From Chloroflexota bacterium (lineage in GTDB: Bacteria; Chloroflexota; Dehalococcoidia; UBA6926), in NCBI GenBank assembly GCA_026713485.1, contig JAPOOK010000007.1:886-64885 (forward strand): DNA of 64,000 nucleotides, read 5' to 3'. The notes beneath the pieces were generated by a model, which was not told the DNA's origin, ran no database searches, and saw nothing but the letters and a program-made list of their open reading frames with translations. How positions within the stretch are numbered: position 1 is the first letter of the stretch; every line of letters begins with the position of its first letter. The position numbers and the translations under genes were made by a program. Below are positions 1 through 8,643 of this stretch, in pieces.

Positions 1-283
1 TTTTTCCGTGAAAAACCTGCATTCGTCCGAATTGGTGGTCCGTCAGGGTGAGCACGCGGACCTCACCATCGGGGGGGAGTGCGGACTTTACTCGCCCGGC
101 GTGAACCTGGGCATTCTCCTCACTGGGACAATGCCGGACATAGACGGAGTACTGCAATCGGATGTACCCGTCTGTCAACAGGTGCTTGCGGAACTTCGTG
201 TACTCCCTCCGCGCCTTCTTCGTATCGACGGGAAGATCGAACATTGCGACCACCCACAAGGTCCTGAAGCCCCCAAACGCCAT
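1..283 (-). CDS. cas2: CRISPR-associated endoribonuclease Cas2 (partial; C-terminus runs off the left edge)
   Basis: My own minus-strand translation from ATG 283 gives MAFGGFRTLWVVAMFDLPVDTKKARREYTKFRKHLLTDGYIRLQYSVYVRHCPSEENAQVH..VLTLTDHQFGRMQVFHGK. This is a Cas2-like N-terminal beta-strand/Asp motif. The gene starts 12 nt after the cas1 stop. It is absent from the ORF track because it has no stop in the window. Confidence 0.85.
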   Translation of the reverse strand, partial: MAFGGFRTLWVVAMFDLPVDTKKARREYTKFRKHLLTDGYIRLQYSVYVRHCPSEENAQVHAGRVKSALPPDGEVRVLTLTDHQFGRMQVFHGK

Positions 284-294
284 CGCACGACCAT

Positions 295-1218
295 CTAGTC
301 CTGCGAGGATTCGACGGAGACATGATTTAGGGGCAACGGTAGGGGAGCCTGCACTTGTCCTTTGCCCTCGGTGATCACCCGCCTGACACTGACGGCGAGC
401 GTCTGCAGAGCAAGAAGGAGCGGGAACTCTCGTTTGTCCACGAGCACGTGTTCATGGACGACCTTGAGCAGTGGCTCTTTGGTCGCCGCGTTGACTTCTA
501 TCGGCGCGCCATCGGTGTTCAGTCCGAGTACAATCCGGTCCACTAGGGGACGAGCGGGCTCCATTAGATCGCTGGCCAGACAGAGGGCATCGTAGCGATT
601 GTGATGGTGGATGCCTAACGACGGGTGCAGCCCGGCCGCACACACGGCCCGCGCAGTGGCGGCCCGAATGATTGCATAACCGTAGTTGAGTAGGGTGTTT
701 ATGCCGTCCTGATCTGGGTCACGTCGAAATTCCTGGCCGAACATGCGTGGCCAGTAGAGACGTGCCGCCTGCCCTTCAATGTTGTCAGGGTCACCGCTAC
801 GGACTTTTGCGCCCATTCCGTCAAGTGGTGTGGGCATGCCATTCGTGGATTCGGCCAAAACGAATGCCTGCGCCTTGATCTTGGATCGGACAATCTGTTG
901 CCAGAGACGCTTGCGCGTTGGCTCAGTCATGGCTGCCTGAGCGCGCATCGTCTCGGTCTGCACGCTGTGTCCCTCAATCGGCAAGACAATGGCACTGGGC
1001 AGATGCTTCTCGTCGCTCACAACCACGGTTGCGTCATGTCGGGCGCACGAGGAGAGCAGATGCCGAGACATGGTGGCGTGAGGATGATCGATCACGAGCA
1101 CGCCGAGATCCTCCAGCGGCACTTGTCCCAGGCGCTGCCCATCTCGTTCGATCACGAGTTGTTCATGTTCAACCCGCAAGTGTGACGGCGAGGAGATTTC
1201 GACAGTGCGTCTAGTCAT
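295..1218 (-). CDS. cas1: CRISPR-associated endonuclease Cas1 (type II-like)
   Basis: 307 aa. Cas1 motifs LLNYGYAIIRAATARA and GLHPSLGIHHHNRYDALCLASDLMEPARP are present. It lies between cas9 and cas2. Confidence 0.93.
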   Translation of the reverse strand: MTRRTVEISSPSHLRVEHEQLVIERDGQRLGQVPLEDLGVLVIDHPHATMSRHLLSSCARHDATVVVSDEKHLPSAIVLPIEGHSVQTETMRAQAAMTEPTRKRLWQQIVRSKIKAQAFVLAESTNGMPTPLDGMGAKVRSGDPDNIEGQAARLYWPRMFGQEFRRDPDQDGINTLLNYGYAIIRAATARAVCAAGLHPSLGIHHHNRYDALCLASDLMEPARPLVDRIVLGLNTDGAPIEVNAATKEPLLKVVHEHVLVDKREFPLLLALQTLAVSVRRVITEGKGQVQAPLPLPLNHVSVESSQD

Positions 1219-4200
1219 TGGCCGGCCTTATGGAACCGAGGGGCGACACAACAACCTTGCGGCCCTTCCTCTTCCCAATGAGAACGTTGACACTAGCAAT
1301 GACACGTTCAGAATTGTCTTCGAGCGTCGCCGCCAAGTGGTGCCTAAGAAAGGCCCTGTTTCCAATGGGATCAAGAACTTGGACACGGTAGAGGTTGCCC
1401 ACACCGCCGTCGCCAAGCTCAACCATCTCATCAATGGCCAGGGACATGAGAAACTCATGTTCCTCCCATTCGCGGTTGATCATGGGAACTTTCTGTCTGC
1501 GGGCACGATTTGCCGCCTCCATCATGGAGACGAATCGCGCCTCGGCCTTACCGCTTAGCAGATTGCGGAAAATCTCAACGTGGTGGTTGCTGCCAAGGGC
1601 GTGGTATTTGAAGGGTTTGCCTTCCCTTGTCAGTTGTCTGTCCACTCCGTAGAGTTGCGTTTCCGACTTGTTCTCGGAGATTCTCACACGACGGACAGGC
1701 TGGCCGTTCGGGTTCTTGGGGTGGTAGAAGGGCTGATCGGGATTACCGAACGCCTCCTTGATGCTGTCGGCGTCTTCGATGCGCCGCTTAATTCCCTGAC
1801 GTAGAATCGGATCGACGATTCGCTTGACCATCGAACTTGTAAGTTCTTCCAGTCGCTTGCGGTAGACAAATTGCTTCTTGCCTGCGTCCTTCACGTAGCG
1901 GTAGCCGAAAGCGGTGTCCTCATGGAATGCGCCATGGAGTTTGCGCAATGAGGCGTGAGAGACGGCGATGCCGGATAACGCCTGCTCAATGTCTCTGTCG
2001 AAGCCCTCCCAGGGCGCGTGCTCCTTGGCGCTCTCTATCAGGGAGGCCTGCTGCTTCGTTTGATCAATCTCTCGGGCGGAGCGGGCCATGCGCTGATACA
2101 ATGAGCGAGTGGTTACGGCCACGACGATGGCATCAATCGCGTGGTGCCGGTTATCGGCACGATTTTTCTCGGCGACAGCATCGTCCGTAGGGCTGTCGCC
2201 TGCGAGAAACCGATTTAGGCCCCATGCGTGCCTGAGCGCGCCCGTCATGCCCCCCTTCGTGACATCCACGTCACGCCCCAGTGTCTTTAGGTACTCCTTC
2301 GCGTCGCGGCTGATGTAACGGGTGTCATTCAACTGTCGGCTTTCAAAGTTTTCAAGGAGTTTCTTGACCTCATCGTCTTTCTGTTGAAACCACTTTCGCT
2401 TTCGGGCCGGCACGCGGGCAACCATCTCTTGCCAACTCTCTGTAGCGCCGTAGGCTTCCCATGGTGTCCGATTGCGTTTGTGCAGGCGATTCTCTTCCGC
2501 CATGCAGAGGGTCTTGTTTCTAAAGGAATCATCCAGACTGCGGCTGAAGGGGATGATGTGCTCGACATCGACGGCTGGACTGAAGAGTTCATGGATGTTG
2601 ATGACCTTGCCTGTGTAGGGACAACGCTCGTCCGATTCTCGCCAAAGCCGGAACTTGATCAGGTCATCCCGAGATGACGCCTGAATACCTATATCCGCCA
2701 GCGCCCGCTCGGCCTCTCGGTTCATGTCCTGATTCTGGCGCTGCTGCTTCTGTAGGTTGGCTTTGTCTTTTCGGGACATTTTGAGGTCCCGCGCCATTTC
2801 GACGCGGATGATGTCGGGCTTCCCGTATTCGCGGATGATCGCATTGACCACTTTCCGGACCTCGTGGAGCGCTTTTTCGACGACAGGGTTTCTGAGGTCG
2901 CTGGGAGGTGGTCCAAGGAGTTCCGCGTCCCCAGACACCGAAGGACTGGCATACGTGTAGCCGGAGTCCTTACGGGCGTCAGAGTAGATTTTTCCCCATT
3001 CCATGTAAGGAAGGAGCTTCCTAAGTGCCTTCAGGGAAAGGTCTCCGTAACCTTCTTCAAACTCGATCGTGGCAAGCTCAAAGGCCGTAGTTCGTTCGAA
3101 GCCCCAGAATTCCTTGAGCCGTCGATAGAGAACTTTCTTGCTCTGAATGGTCGTGAGGTCTTCTACCAGAGCAATCCGCTGACCGTCGTCGGAGGCGCCC
3201 CACCAATCTCCCGCGAGACTCCGGAGCCTGGCCGCCGTTGTGTTGCCGGTGAGTTCCCTTCCTTTCGATCCGTCCAGTTCTAGATTGAATTTCGCCGTCT
3301 TGGGCAGGCCGACAGTTGAGCGGATCTTTGACCAGGTCATGGTCTGTTGAACTTCAAGGGCGGCGGCGAGCTTGTCGCGTTGGTCTTGGCTCAAAGGCGT
3401 TGATGCGCCGTCGCGCTGCCCAACAACCGCCAAGTTATTGACGTCCTGTAGAAGTCGAAACCGCTGAAATTCCAGTCGAGCCTTTGCAGTTCGTGGTCGA
3501 TTTGGCTCCAGCGAGCACATCCCGATGCGGCCTCCACGGAGCTTGAGGGGCCGTTGATGGAAGATTGTCCTGTGCAACTCGGCCTTGAGCCCATCGGTCA
3601 AGTCAGGGTGATACTCTCCCTGGGCGATCCAAATCTTCTCAAATTCGTCCTCATACATCCCCCGATCCGTGTGGCGTCCGCGACGGCGCGCGCCCTTGGG
3701 CAGATTCGCCAAATACTCTCCCAATGTGCGGGCTTCACCACCGTTCAGTTTTTTCCAGATGGCCGCAATTTCTCCGAGGACTGCACTCTCCTCCGTGTCG
3801 TCAGACTTTTCGCCCTCGTCCTTTGCTCGTTCCGCCTGAGCAATCTCATCGATGAATTCCTTGGCGTCCGGGTCATCCCGAAGGTCACCCCACCTGATCT
3901 TGCGGTTGCTCATGAAACCTCGCCGGGCGCAAATGTGAAGCAACACGCGCCCGAGCTCATAGGATTCTAGAGGGTGATCCAGTGCACGCTTGCGAAGCTC
4001 ATACGGGTCCCCAAGCATATTGAAGTGGCTCTCTTGTTCTGCCGAATCGAGCATGTCCTTTGGCAAGAAACCTGCTTTGGCCAGTTGAGAGCGTAGTGAA
4101 GCACGCCGCCTTGCCCGGCGTTGAAGGATGCGTCGAGCCAATCGAGCGGAGCGGCGTTGTGCGTTCTTCGGCGTTCGCGACTGTGCATCAACGGCTTCGT

Positions 4201-4315
4201 GGAAGATACGGACGCCGCTAGCGACGATGCTGCCGGACTTATCGATGGAGTCTTCGTCGACCAGACCCCATCCGACGGAGTTGGTTCCAAGATCGAGTCC
4301 AAGTGTGCGAACCAT
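1211..4315 (-). CDS. cas9: CRISPR-associated endonuclease Cas9 (compact, II-C-like)
   Basis: 1034 aa. Motifs seen: RuvC-I LGLDLGTNSVGWGLV, Arg-rich bridge helix RRSARLARRILQRRARRR, RuvC-II IIRVEMARDL, HNH DVEHIIPFSRSLDDSFRNKTLC..ENRLHKRNRTP, and RuvC-III NRHHAIDAIVVA. It overlaps cas1 by 8 nt. Confidence 0.95.
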   Translation of the reverse strand: MVRTLGLDLGTNSVGWGLVDEDSIDKSGSIVASGVRIFHEAVDAQSRTPKNAQRRSARLARRILQRRARRRASLRSQLAKAGFLPKDMLDSAEQESHFNMLGDPYELRKRALDHPLESYELGRVLLHICARRGFMSNRKIRWGDLRDDPDAKEFIDEIAQAERAKDEGEKSDDTEESAVLGEIAAIWKKLNGGEARTLGEYLANLPKGARRRGRHTDRGMYEDEFEKIWIAQGEYHPDLTDGLKAELHRTIFHQRPLKLRGGRIGMCSLEPNRPRTAKARLEFQRFRLLQDVNNLAVVGQRDGASTPLSQDQRDKLAAALEVQQTMTWSKIRSTVGLPKTAKFNLELDGSKGRELTGNTTAARLRSLAGDWWGASDDGQRIALVEDLTTIQSKKVLYRRLKEFWGFERTTAFELATIEFEEGYGDLSLKALRKLLPYMEWGKIYSDARKDSGYTYASPSVSGDAELLGPPPSDLRNPVVEKALHEVRKVVNAIIREYGKPDIIRVEMARDLKMSRKDKANLQKQQRQNQDMNREAERALADIGIQASSRDDLIKFRLWRESDERCPYTGKVINIHELFSPAVDVEHIIPFSRSLDDSFRNKTLCMAEENRLHKRNRTPWEAYGATESWQEMVARVPARKRKWFQQKDDEVKKLLENFESRQLNDTRYISRDAKEYLKTLGRDVDVTKGGMTGALRHAWGLNRFLAGDSPTDDAVAEKNRADNRHHAIDAIVVAVTTRSLYQRMARSAREIDQTKQQASLIESAKEHAPWEGFDRDIEQALSGIAVSHASLRKLHGAFHEDTAFGYRYVKDAGKKQFVYRKRLEELTSSMVKRIVDPILRQGIKRRIEDADSIKEAFGNPDQPFYHPKNPNGQPVRRVRISENKSETQLYGVDRQLTREGKPFKYHALGSNHHVEIFRNLLSGKAEARFVSMMEAANRARRQKVPMINREWEEHEFLMSLAIDEMVELGDGGVGNLYRVQVLDPIGNRAFLRHHLAATLEDNSERVIASVNVLIGKRKGRKVVVSPLGSIRPAND

Positions 4316-4349
4316 TGCAAATCTCCCAGTGGTTTGTTAGGGTTCGATC

Positions 4350-4453
4350 AGTGTAACTGAGTGACGCCTGCCTAGCTTTCATACCAAGGGACGAAAGTTC
4401 CGCAGGATACCCCTCGGGGACCTTACGCCCTCCCAGCGGGGGCGTTTCTCATT
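4350..4453 (+). ncRNA. Candidate tracrRNA (divergent from cas9); hypothesis only
   Basis: A promoter-like TTGCAA (4315-4320), 17-nt spacer and TAGGGT (4338-4343) precede it. An 8-bp hairpin ACGCCCTC/GGGGGCGT (4425-4445) followed by TTTCTCATT sits on the + strand, where there is no + strand CDS to terminate. The anti-repeat cannot be checked because no CRISPR repeat is in the window. Confidence 0.3.
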
Positions 4454-4568
4454 AAGAACTTCGATGGCTGTGGCTTTTGTCTGTGGTTCTTGCTCCCCAT
4501 GTTGCTTCCCTTCTGAAGCATGTGGATTCGGTGTTGGCAATACATGTTGAACCAAGCAAGGCAACCTC

Positions 4569-6356
4569 TTAGCTCTGGCCAGTTGTCTGATGCCTCCCAA
4601 CATAGCCGACGACCACCAGTTGCCTTTCCGCATCCCACGCGAAGGCGACACGGATTTGGTCACTACCACCGCCGACGCCCCGGCCGATGTGCGGCTCCAG
4701 TCGGAACTTGATGCCATTGTCGGTGGTCTCGTAGTCGGACCGGTACTTGCCCATCGTGACCTCTGACTGGCGGGGAACATAGTCCCAACCACACGCTTCA
4801 GCGAGCGACACCTTGAAGTCCGGTACAGACAGATCTCCCATCTTGGATGAGCGATACGTTGTGGCAAGCCACTCCAGCGCAGCATAGAGTTGATTCGGTC
4901 GATCGAAGATCAGCTTGCGGTCCGAACTACTATTGAGAACGACACGGAGCCCTTCAGGCCAGCGGCCATCCACGAAATCCAGCACGGCAGCCACATCGAC
5001 GAAATCGGGAGGTGCTGCGTCAGCGTTGTCAACGGCCGGAGAACCTCTCACGGCTTCACGCAGCGACTTCACTTCTGCGGAGCGCTCAAACAGCGTGGCT
5101 CTCAATCCGTCATTCTCTACCCGCAGTGAATCCCGTTCGTGGATCACGCTTTCACGAGACTGCTCAGTCTCGGCGAGTTTGATTTGGGTCTCTTGAAGAT
5201 TCGCCTTCGCGTTCTCTGCATCCCGGCGATGTTCTTCGACAGTCTCCAGCGATTCAGCGGATTCATTGGTCTGCGACGGTGTGTCTCCCTCAGTGAGGTT
5301 GCCGTCGTTTTGATCGCCCGGGTCTGGATTAGCCTGCACGGGTACGTCGGCAATGTGCTCGAGATTCTCTAGCGCCGCCAGGAGATTCTCCTGCACCTTC
5401 ATCCGCTGAGGTGACCTCTCCACTTCCTCACTGTACGTCTTACCCTGCTCCCTGACAGCAATGTATTCACTGATGAGGCTGTCCACCTCATCAAGACAAT
5501 CACCCAATGCAACGACGTCTTTCCACGGACCTGACCGATTCGGCAGCCTCTCTCCCGGGTCCCACTCGAAGTAGGTGAATATGTCGATGTGAGCGTCTAT
5601 CATGGCGTCAACGCGCTCACCAATCGTTGCCGCAGTGTCTCTCTCCATCAGCTTCCGGGCACGAAGTTCGTCCATCAGGCGCATCAAGCGAATCAAGGGG
5701 GCATCCCAGTCCGGAGCATCCGCCGGCAGGCCTTCCAGTTGTTTCAGAATGGAGTCGAACAGTTCCGCGCCCTCGGGCGACAACTGCAGCTCTCCGTCCC
5801 CCATTGCTTCATCGACAATCGCCTGCTCGGTTAGGGCTTCCTCAAGTTCCTGCTCATGGCGATGAATGTCTGCCTGATTGAAGACCAAGAATGCCATCAA
5901 CCGGGCATCGTCCCTCTTGACTTCCGGATGGTTCTCCAAGACGACAGAGGCTGCTGCTTCGCTGTGCCTCTTCATTTCATCCGGCGTCAACTTCGTCTGT
6001 TCATCTGCTAACTCGTGCTCATCCGCATATTGAATCAGCGCATCCGACACGATATCCCTGAGTTCGCCCTGGGATTCCCACCAGACGCCAAATATAGCGT
6101 TCGCCACGAATCCGTCGGTACGTGCAGCGTTACTCACCGGAATGATCAGGACCTCTACAGGGGCATCTGGAGCCTTCTCTCCTCGAAATCCATTGATCGG
6201 GACACGAGTACTTATGGCCTCATTCAGGTTGTCTCGACAGCCATCTGACACATCAGGCCGGCGTTGGAGGGCCCAACGAACGACGTCAAGCGTCGCCTGC
6301 CTGTCCATTGTGGCGAAGTACCCTGCATAGTCGCGCCTGTCTGAAGACATAGTCAT
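4569..6356 (-). CDS. Uncharacterised 595-aa protein upstream of cas9 (same strand)
   Basis: The long ORF starts at an ATG preceded by an SD-like GGGGAAAGGG. I recognise no P-loop or nuclease motif. The layout is an N-terminal region of about 330 aa that looks mostly helical, an acidic low-complexity linker, a coiled-coil-like segment (ENAKANLQETQIKLAETEQSRESVIHERDSLRVENDGLRATLFERSAEVKSLREAV), and a C-terminal domain of about 150 aa ending LEPHIGRGVGGGSDQIRVAFAWDAERQLVVVGYVGRHQ. Confidence 0.8.
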   Translation of the reverse strand: MTMSSDRRDYAGYFATMDRQATLDVVRWALQRRPDVSDGCRDNLNEAISTRVPINGFRGEKAPDAPVEVLIIPVSNAARTDGFVANAIFGVWWESQGELRDIVSDALIQYADEHELADEQTKLTPDEMKRHSEAAASVVLENHPEVKRDDARLMAFLVFNQADIHRHEQELEEALTEQAIVDEAMGDGELQLSPEGAELFDSILKQLEGLPADAPDWDAPLIRLMRLMDELRARKLMERDTAATIGERVDAMIDAHIDIFTYFEWDPGERLPNRSGPWKDVVALGDCLDEVDSLISEYIAVREQGKTYSEEVERSPQRMKVQENLLAALENLEHIADVPVQANPDPGDQNDGNLTEGDTPSQTNESAESLETVEEHRRDAENAKANLQETQIKLAETEQSRESVIHERDSLRVENDGLRATLFERSAEVKSLREAVRGSPAVDNADAAPPDFVDVAAVLDFVDGRWPEGLRVVLNSSSDRKLIFDRPNQLYAALEWLATTYRSSKMGDLSVPDFKVSLAEACGWDYVPRQSEVTMGKYRSDYETTDNGIKFRLEPHIGRGVGGGSDQIRVAFAWDAERQLVVVGYVGRHQTTGQS

Positions 6357-6635
6357 CCCTTTCCCCGCGACCCTTTATCAACGCACCGACTGTGACCAGT
6401 ACTGGAACAATGTACATCGACCCAACCCCTACTGGCAGCCCTGTAACTGCGTCGCGTAGCGTTACTGTGTATTCAGTCCGAAAGACACCTTTGCTCCCGA
6501 TCTCGGTAAACGGTCAGCTACTCCAAGTGGTAAATTGGGTAAGTTCTAACGAGACAATCCAATAGGGGCAGATTACATATGAACTGCGAGACAAGCACCA
6601 CAAATAAGGGCAGGGTGCCTGGCTCCGGGCTATAA

Positions 6636-7391
6636 GTGGATGTTGAAAATGTGGAGGCAATCGCCAAAGAACTGATTGAATCGTTGATGCGCAACTGGCC
6701 AGACGAAAAAGCGCCACCTCCATGTCGTCTGGTGCTCTATGTGCGCGCCGATTCAACGGAGCTCTGGGATGCGTGGGCAACCCATGAGTTCAGGGGTATT
6801 TCGGTCGTTGTTCGAGGTGTGCAGCACTACGTGAAGACCGGCTCCAAAAACTCCTCGGACATCGCAATCGCAATTGATGCCATGGCCGACCTTCTTCTCG
6901 GCCGCATCTCCCATATTGCCGTCCTCAGCGACGACACCGACTTCATGTCGCTCTACGCCGCCATCAAGAGGGAGTGCGGGCAGAGCAACTCCAAAGATGA
7001 CATCCCCTTCCTTTGGTTAGTGACGGATCGGAGCGGCACGAAGTCGGCCACCGTGCTAGATTTCTTCCCCGACTCTCTGATGCATGTTGTGAGGCTGTCC
7101 GACGACAACCGGTCCGAAGCAGCGAACGAAACCGAGGCTGAGGTGAATTCCTCTAAGGCGTCAAACGTATATGCCGAGATAGCCGGGGCAATCCATCAGG
7201 AATTCACTCCCGGCACTTATGGCAGTACAGCCTTCCAAGCACTCATCCAAGAACGGTGGCCGAAACATCCAATGGCGAAGTCCAACGGGGCCGCATATGG
7301 CACCGAATTCAAGAACAACGTCTGGCCGATCCTCGAAAAGGCCGGTGCCACGATGGCGAGCCAGAAACCGAACAAGTATCAGTTGCCTTAG
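6636..7391 (+). CDS. NYN-domain (LabA/PIN-like) putative ribonuclease
   Basis: 251 aa. The NYN acidic signature is present: LVLYVRADS .. KNSSDIAIAIDAMADLL .. IAVLSDDTDFMSLY. GTG 6636 is the first start after the in-frame TAA at 6633. The C-terminal ~70 aa may be a small helical (LOTUS/OST-HTH-like?) module. Confidence 0.8.
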   Translation: MDVENVEAIAKELIESLMRNWPDEKAPPPCRLVLYVRADSTELWDAWATHEFRGISVVVRGVQHYVKTGSKNSSDIAIAIDAMADLLLGRISHIAVLSDDTDFMSLYAAIKRECGQSNSKDDIPFLWLVTDRSGTKSATVLDFFPDSLMHVVRLSDDNRSEAANETEAEVNSSKASNVYAEIAGAIHQEFTPGTYGSTAFQALIQERWPKHPMAKSNGAAYGTEFKNNVWPILEKAGATMASQKPNKYQLP

Positions 7392-7737
7392 AGACTCCTC
7401 AGGCTATGGTTCCGCTTAGCGCGAGTACGCATCCAGCTTGGATTCGTCACTGACGTTTTCCCTCGCACGACTCCATACCGCCAGCAATTCGACGGAAGAC
7501 AGGCCTGTATCGCAATAATGGCCAAGAGCACGCTGGTATTCAGGGTCGTGATCATCGACTACGAATCTCCTCGATAAAGTTGCCGAAGGTGACACCTTGA
7601 GACCTAAGGGGGTCTAAACTGCCAGCTCGATAGTCAGGCTGAAAGTCTGGATTCTTGTCCAGAGTGGGGGGGTACTGCGCTGAACTCTATGACGCCCACA
7701 ACTTAGCGGGGTCACTTTAATTTATCCTGCTATCCCT

Positions 7738-8643
7738 TCAGTTGAGAAGGTTCTCCACTTCCGGGCGGAGTAAGCTGATGACCGTGTCAAAGGAGGGCAG
7801 TTCGGTGACCAAGCGTCCAAGAGAGTTTTCCCACGTACCGGCAACGAGAGCGAGCATTGGGGCAGAGAAGAAATCGCCCCACGCATTAAAGGCGACACCA
7901 CGCACCGCACACTTCTGATGCAACAGGGCACTGAACCCATGCACATCAATGGAGTCCCTGTATTCGGTCAGGATCCTCCAGAGGTCGTAATAGTCGCGCG
8001 CCCTTGACCGGCTCCATCCGCGCCTTTCCATGATCTCTGTTTGTTGCAAGATGGATCGGAGCTTTTCCGCAACCACCTCCTCTAGTGAGTAGACCTGGAT
8101 ATCGACGCTAAGTGGCTCACCGTATTCGTGTGACACCCTTCTCAGATGGACTGGGCGAAGTACTGGTTCATCAACTGTGATCTCAATTCTGACCCGAGTC
8201 GCCGGCTGATTGTGCCAGGGAAACTGAGCTCGTATGGTGAATGCTTCCTGCCCACCGGGATGTGGTTCGCGTTCCGTATATCGTTCAGAGACGATCTCCG
8301 TGGAAGCATATTCGTCCAGCGAATTGGCGGCCGCTTGGCACGCCTGCTCAATCAAAGGTTCAAGTGCCTCACCTCTAGGAATACCATCCAATGCCGAAAA
8401 GTCCAGGTCTTCCGAGAAGCGGTAATCTCCGAAATAGCACTTCTTGAGCGCCGTGCCGCCTTTGAAGACCAGCTTGTCGTTCAACGGAGGTGTTTGGCTG
8501 ATTCCCGCCAGAATCCATGAGAGCAGATAGTCTCGCTCAACGATCTCCCAGGGGGCACCTTGGCGCCGGCGGGCCTCTTGCAGGCGAGTGCGGAGAGGTC
8601 TCAGGTGGTCACGAGACCCGGCAGGTTCTCTTGAATCATCCAT
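7738..8643 (-). CDS. abiEii: AbiEii/AbiGii-family nucleotidyltransferase toxin (type IV TA)
   Basis: The motif KLVFKGGTALKKCYFGDYRFSEDLDFS is typical of DUF1814/AbiEii. The track ORF extends to 8763, but ATG 8643 (MDDSREP..) gives a more plausible short overlap with abiEi. The start is uncertain. Confidence 0.85.
   Translation of the reverse strand: MDDSREPAGSRDHLRPLRTRLQEARRRQGAPWEIVERDYLLSWILAGISQTPPLNDKLVFKGGTALKKCYFGDYRFSEDLDFSALDGIPRGEALEPLIEQACQAAANSLDEYASTEIVSERYTEREPHPGGQEAFTIRAQFPWHNQPATRVRIEITVDEPVLRPVHLRRVSHEYGEPLSVDIQVYSLEEVVAEKLRSILQQTEIMERRGWSRSRARDYYDLWRILTEYRDSIDVHGFSALLHQKCAVRGVAFNAWGDFFSAPMLALVAGTWENSLGRLVTELPSFDTVISLLRPEVENLLN

Noticed and set aside
8-298. A 96-aa + ORF at the window start.
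   Set aside because: The opposite strand encodes a textbook Cas2 N-terminus in the expected position after cas1.
4379-4885. A 168-aa minus-strand ORF spanning the cas9-upstream spacer.
   Set aside because: It overlaps the 3' end of the 595-aa gene in another frame and is Arg/Ser/Pro-rich. The spacer is better explained by the + strand hairpin-terminator element.
7416-7595. A 59-codon minus-strand ORF (GTG 7595; MSPSATLSRRFVVDDHDPEYQRALGHYCDTGLSSVELLAVWSRARENVSDESKLDAYSR) downstream of abiEii.
   Set aside because: The sequence looks protein-like, but there is no SD, no recognisable family, and a 142-nt gap from abiEii. It could be a gene remnant. The evidence is insufficient to call it.
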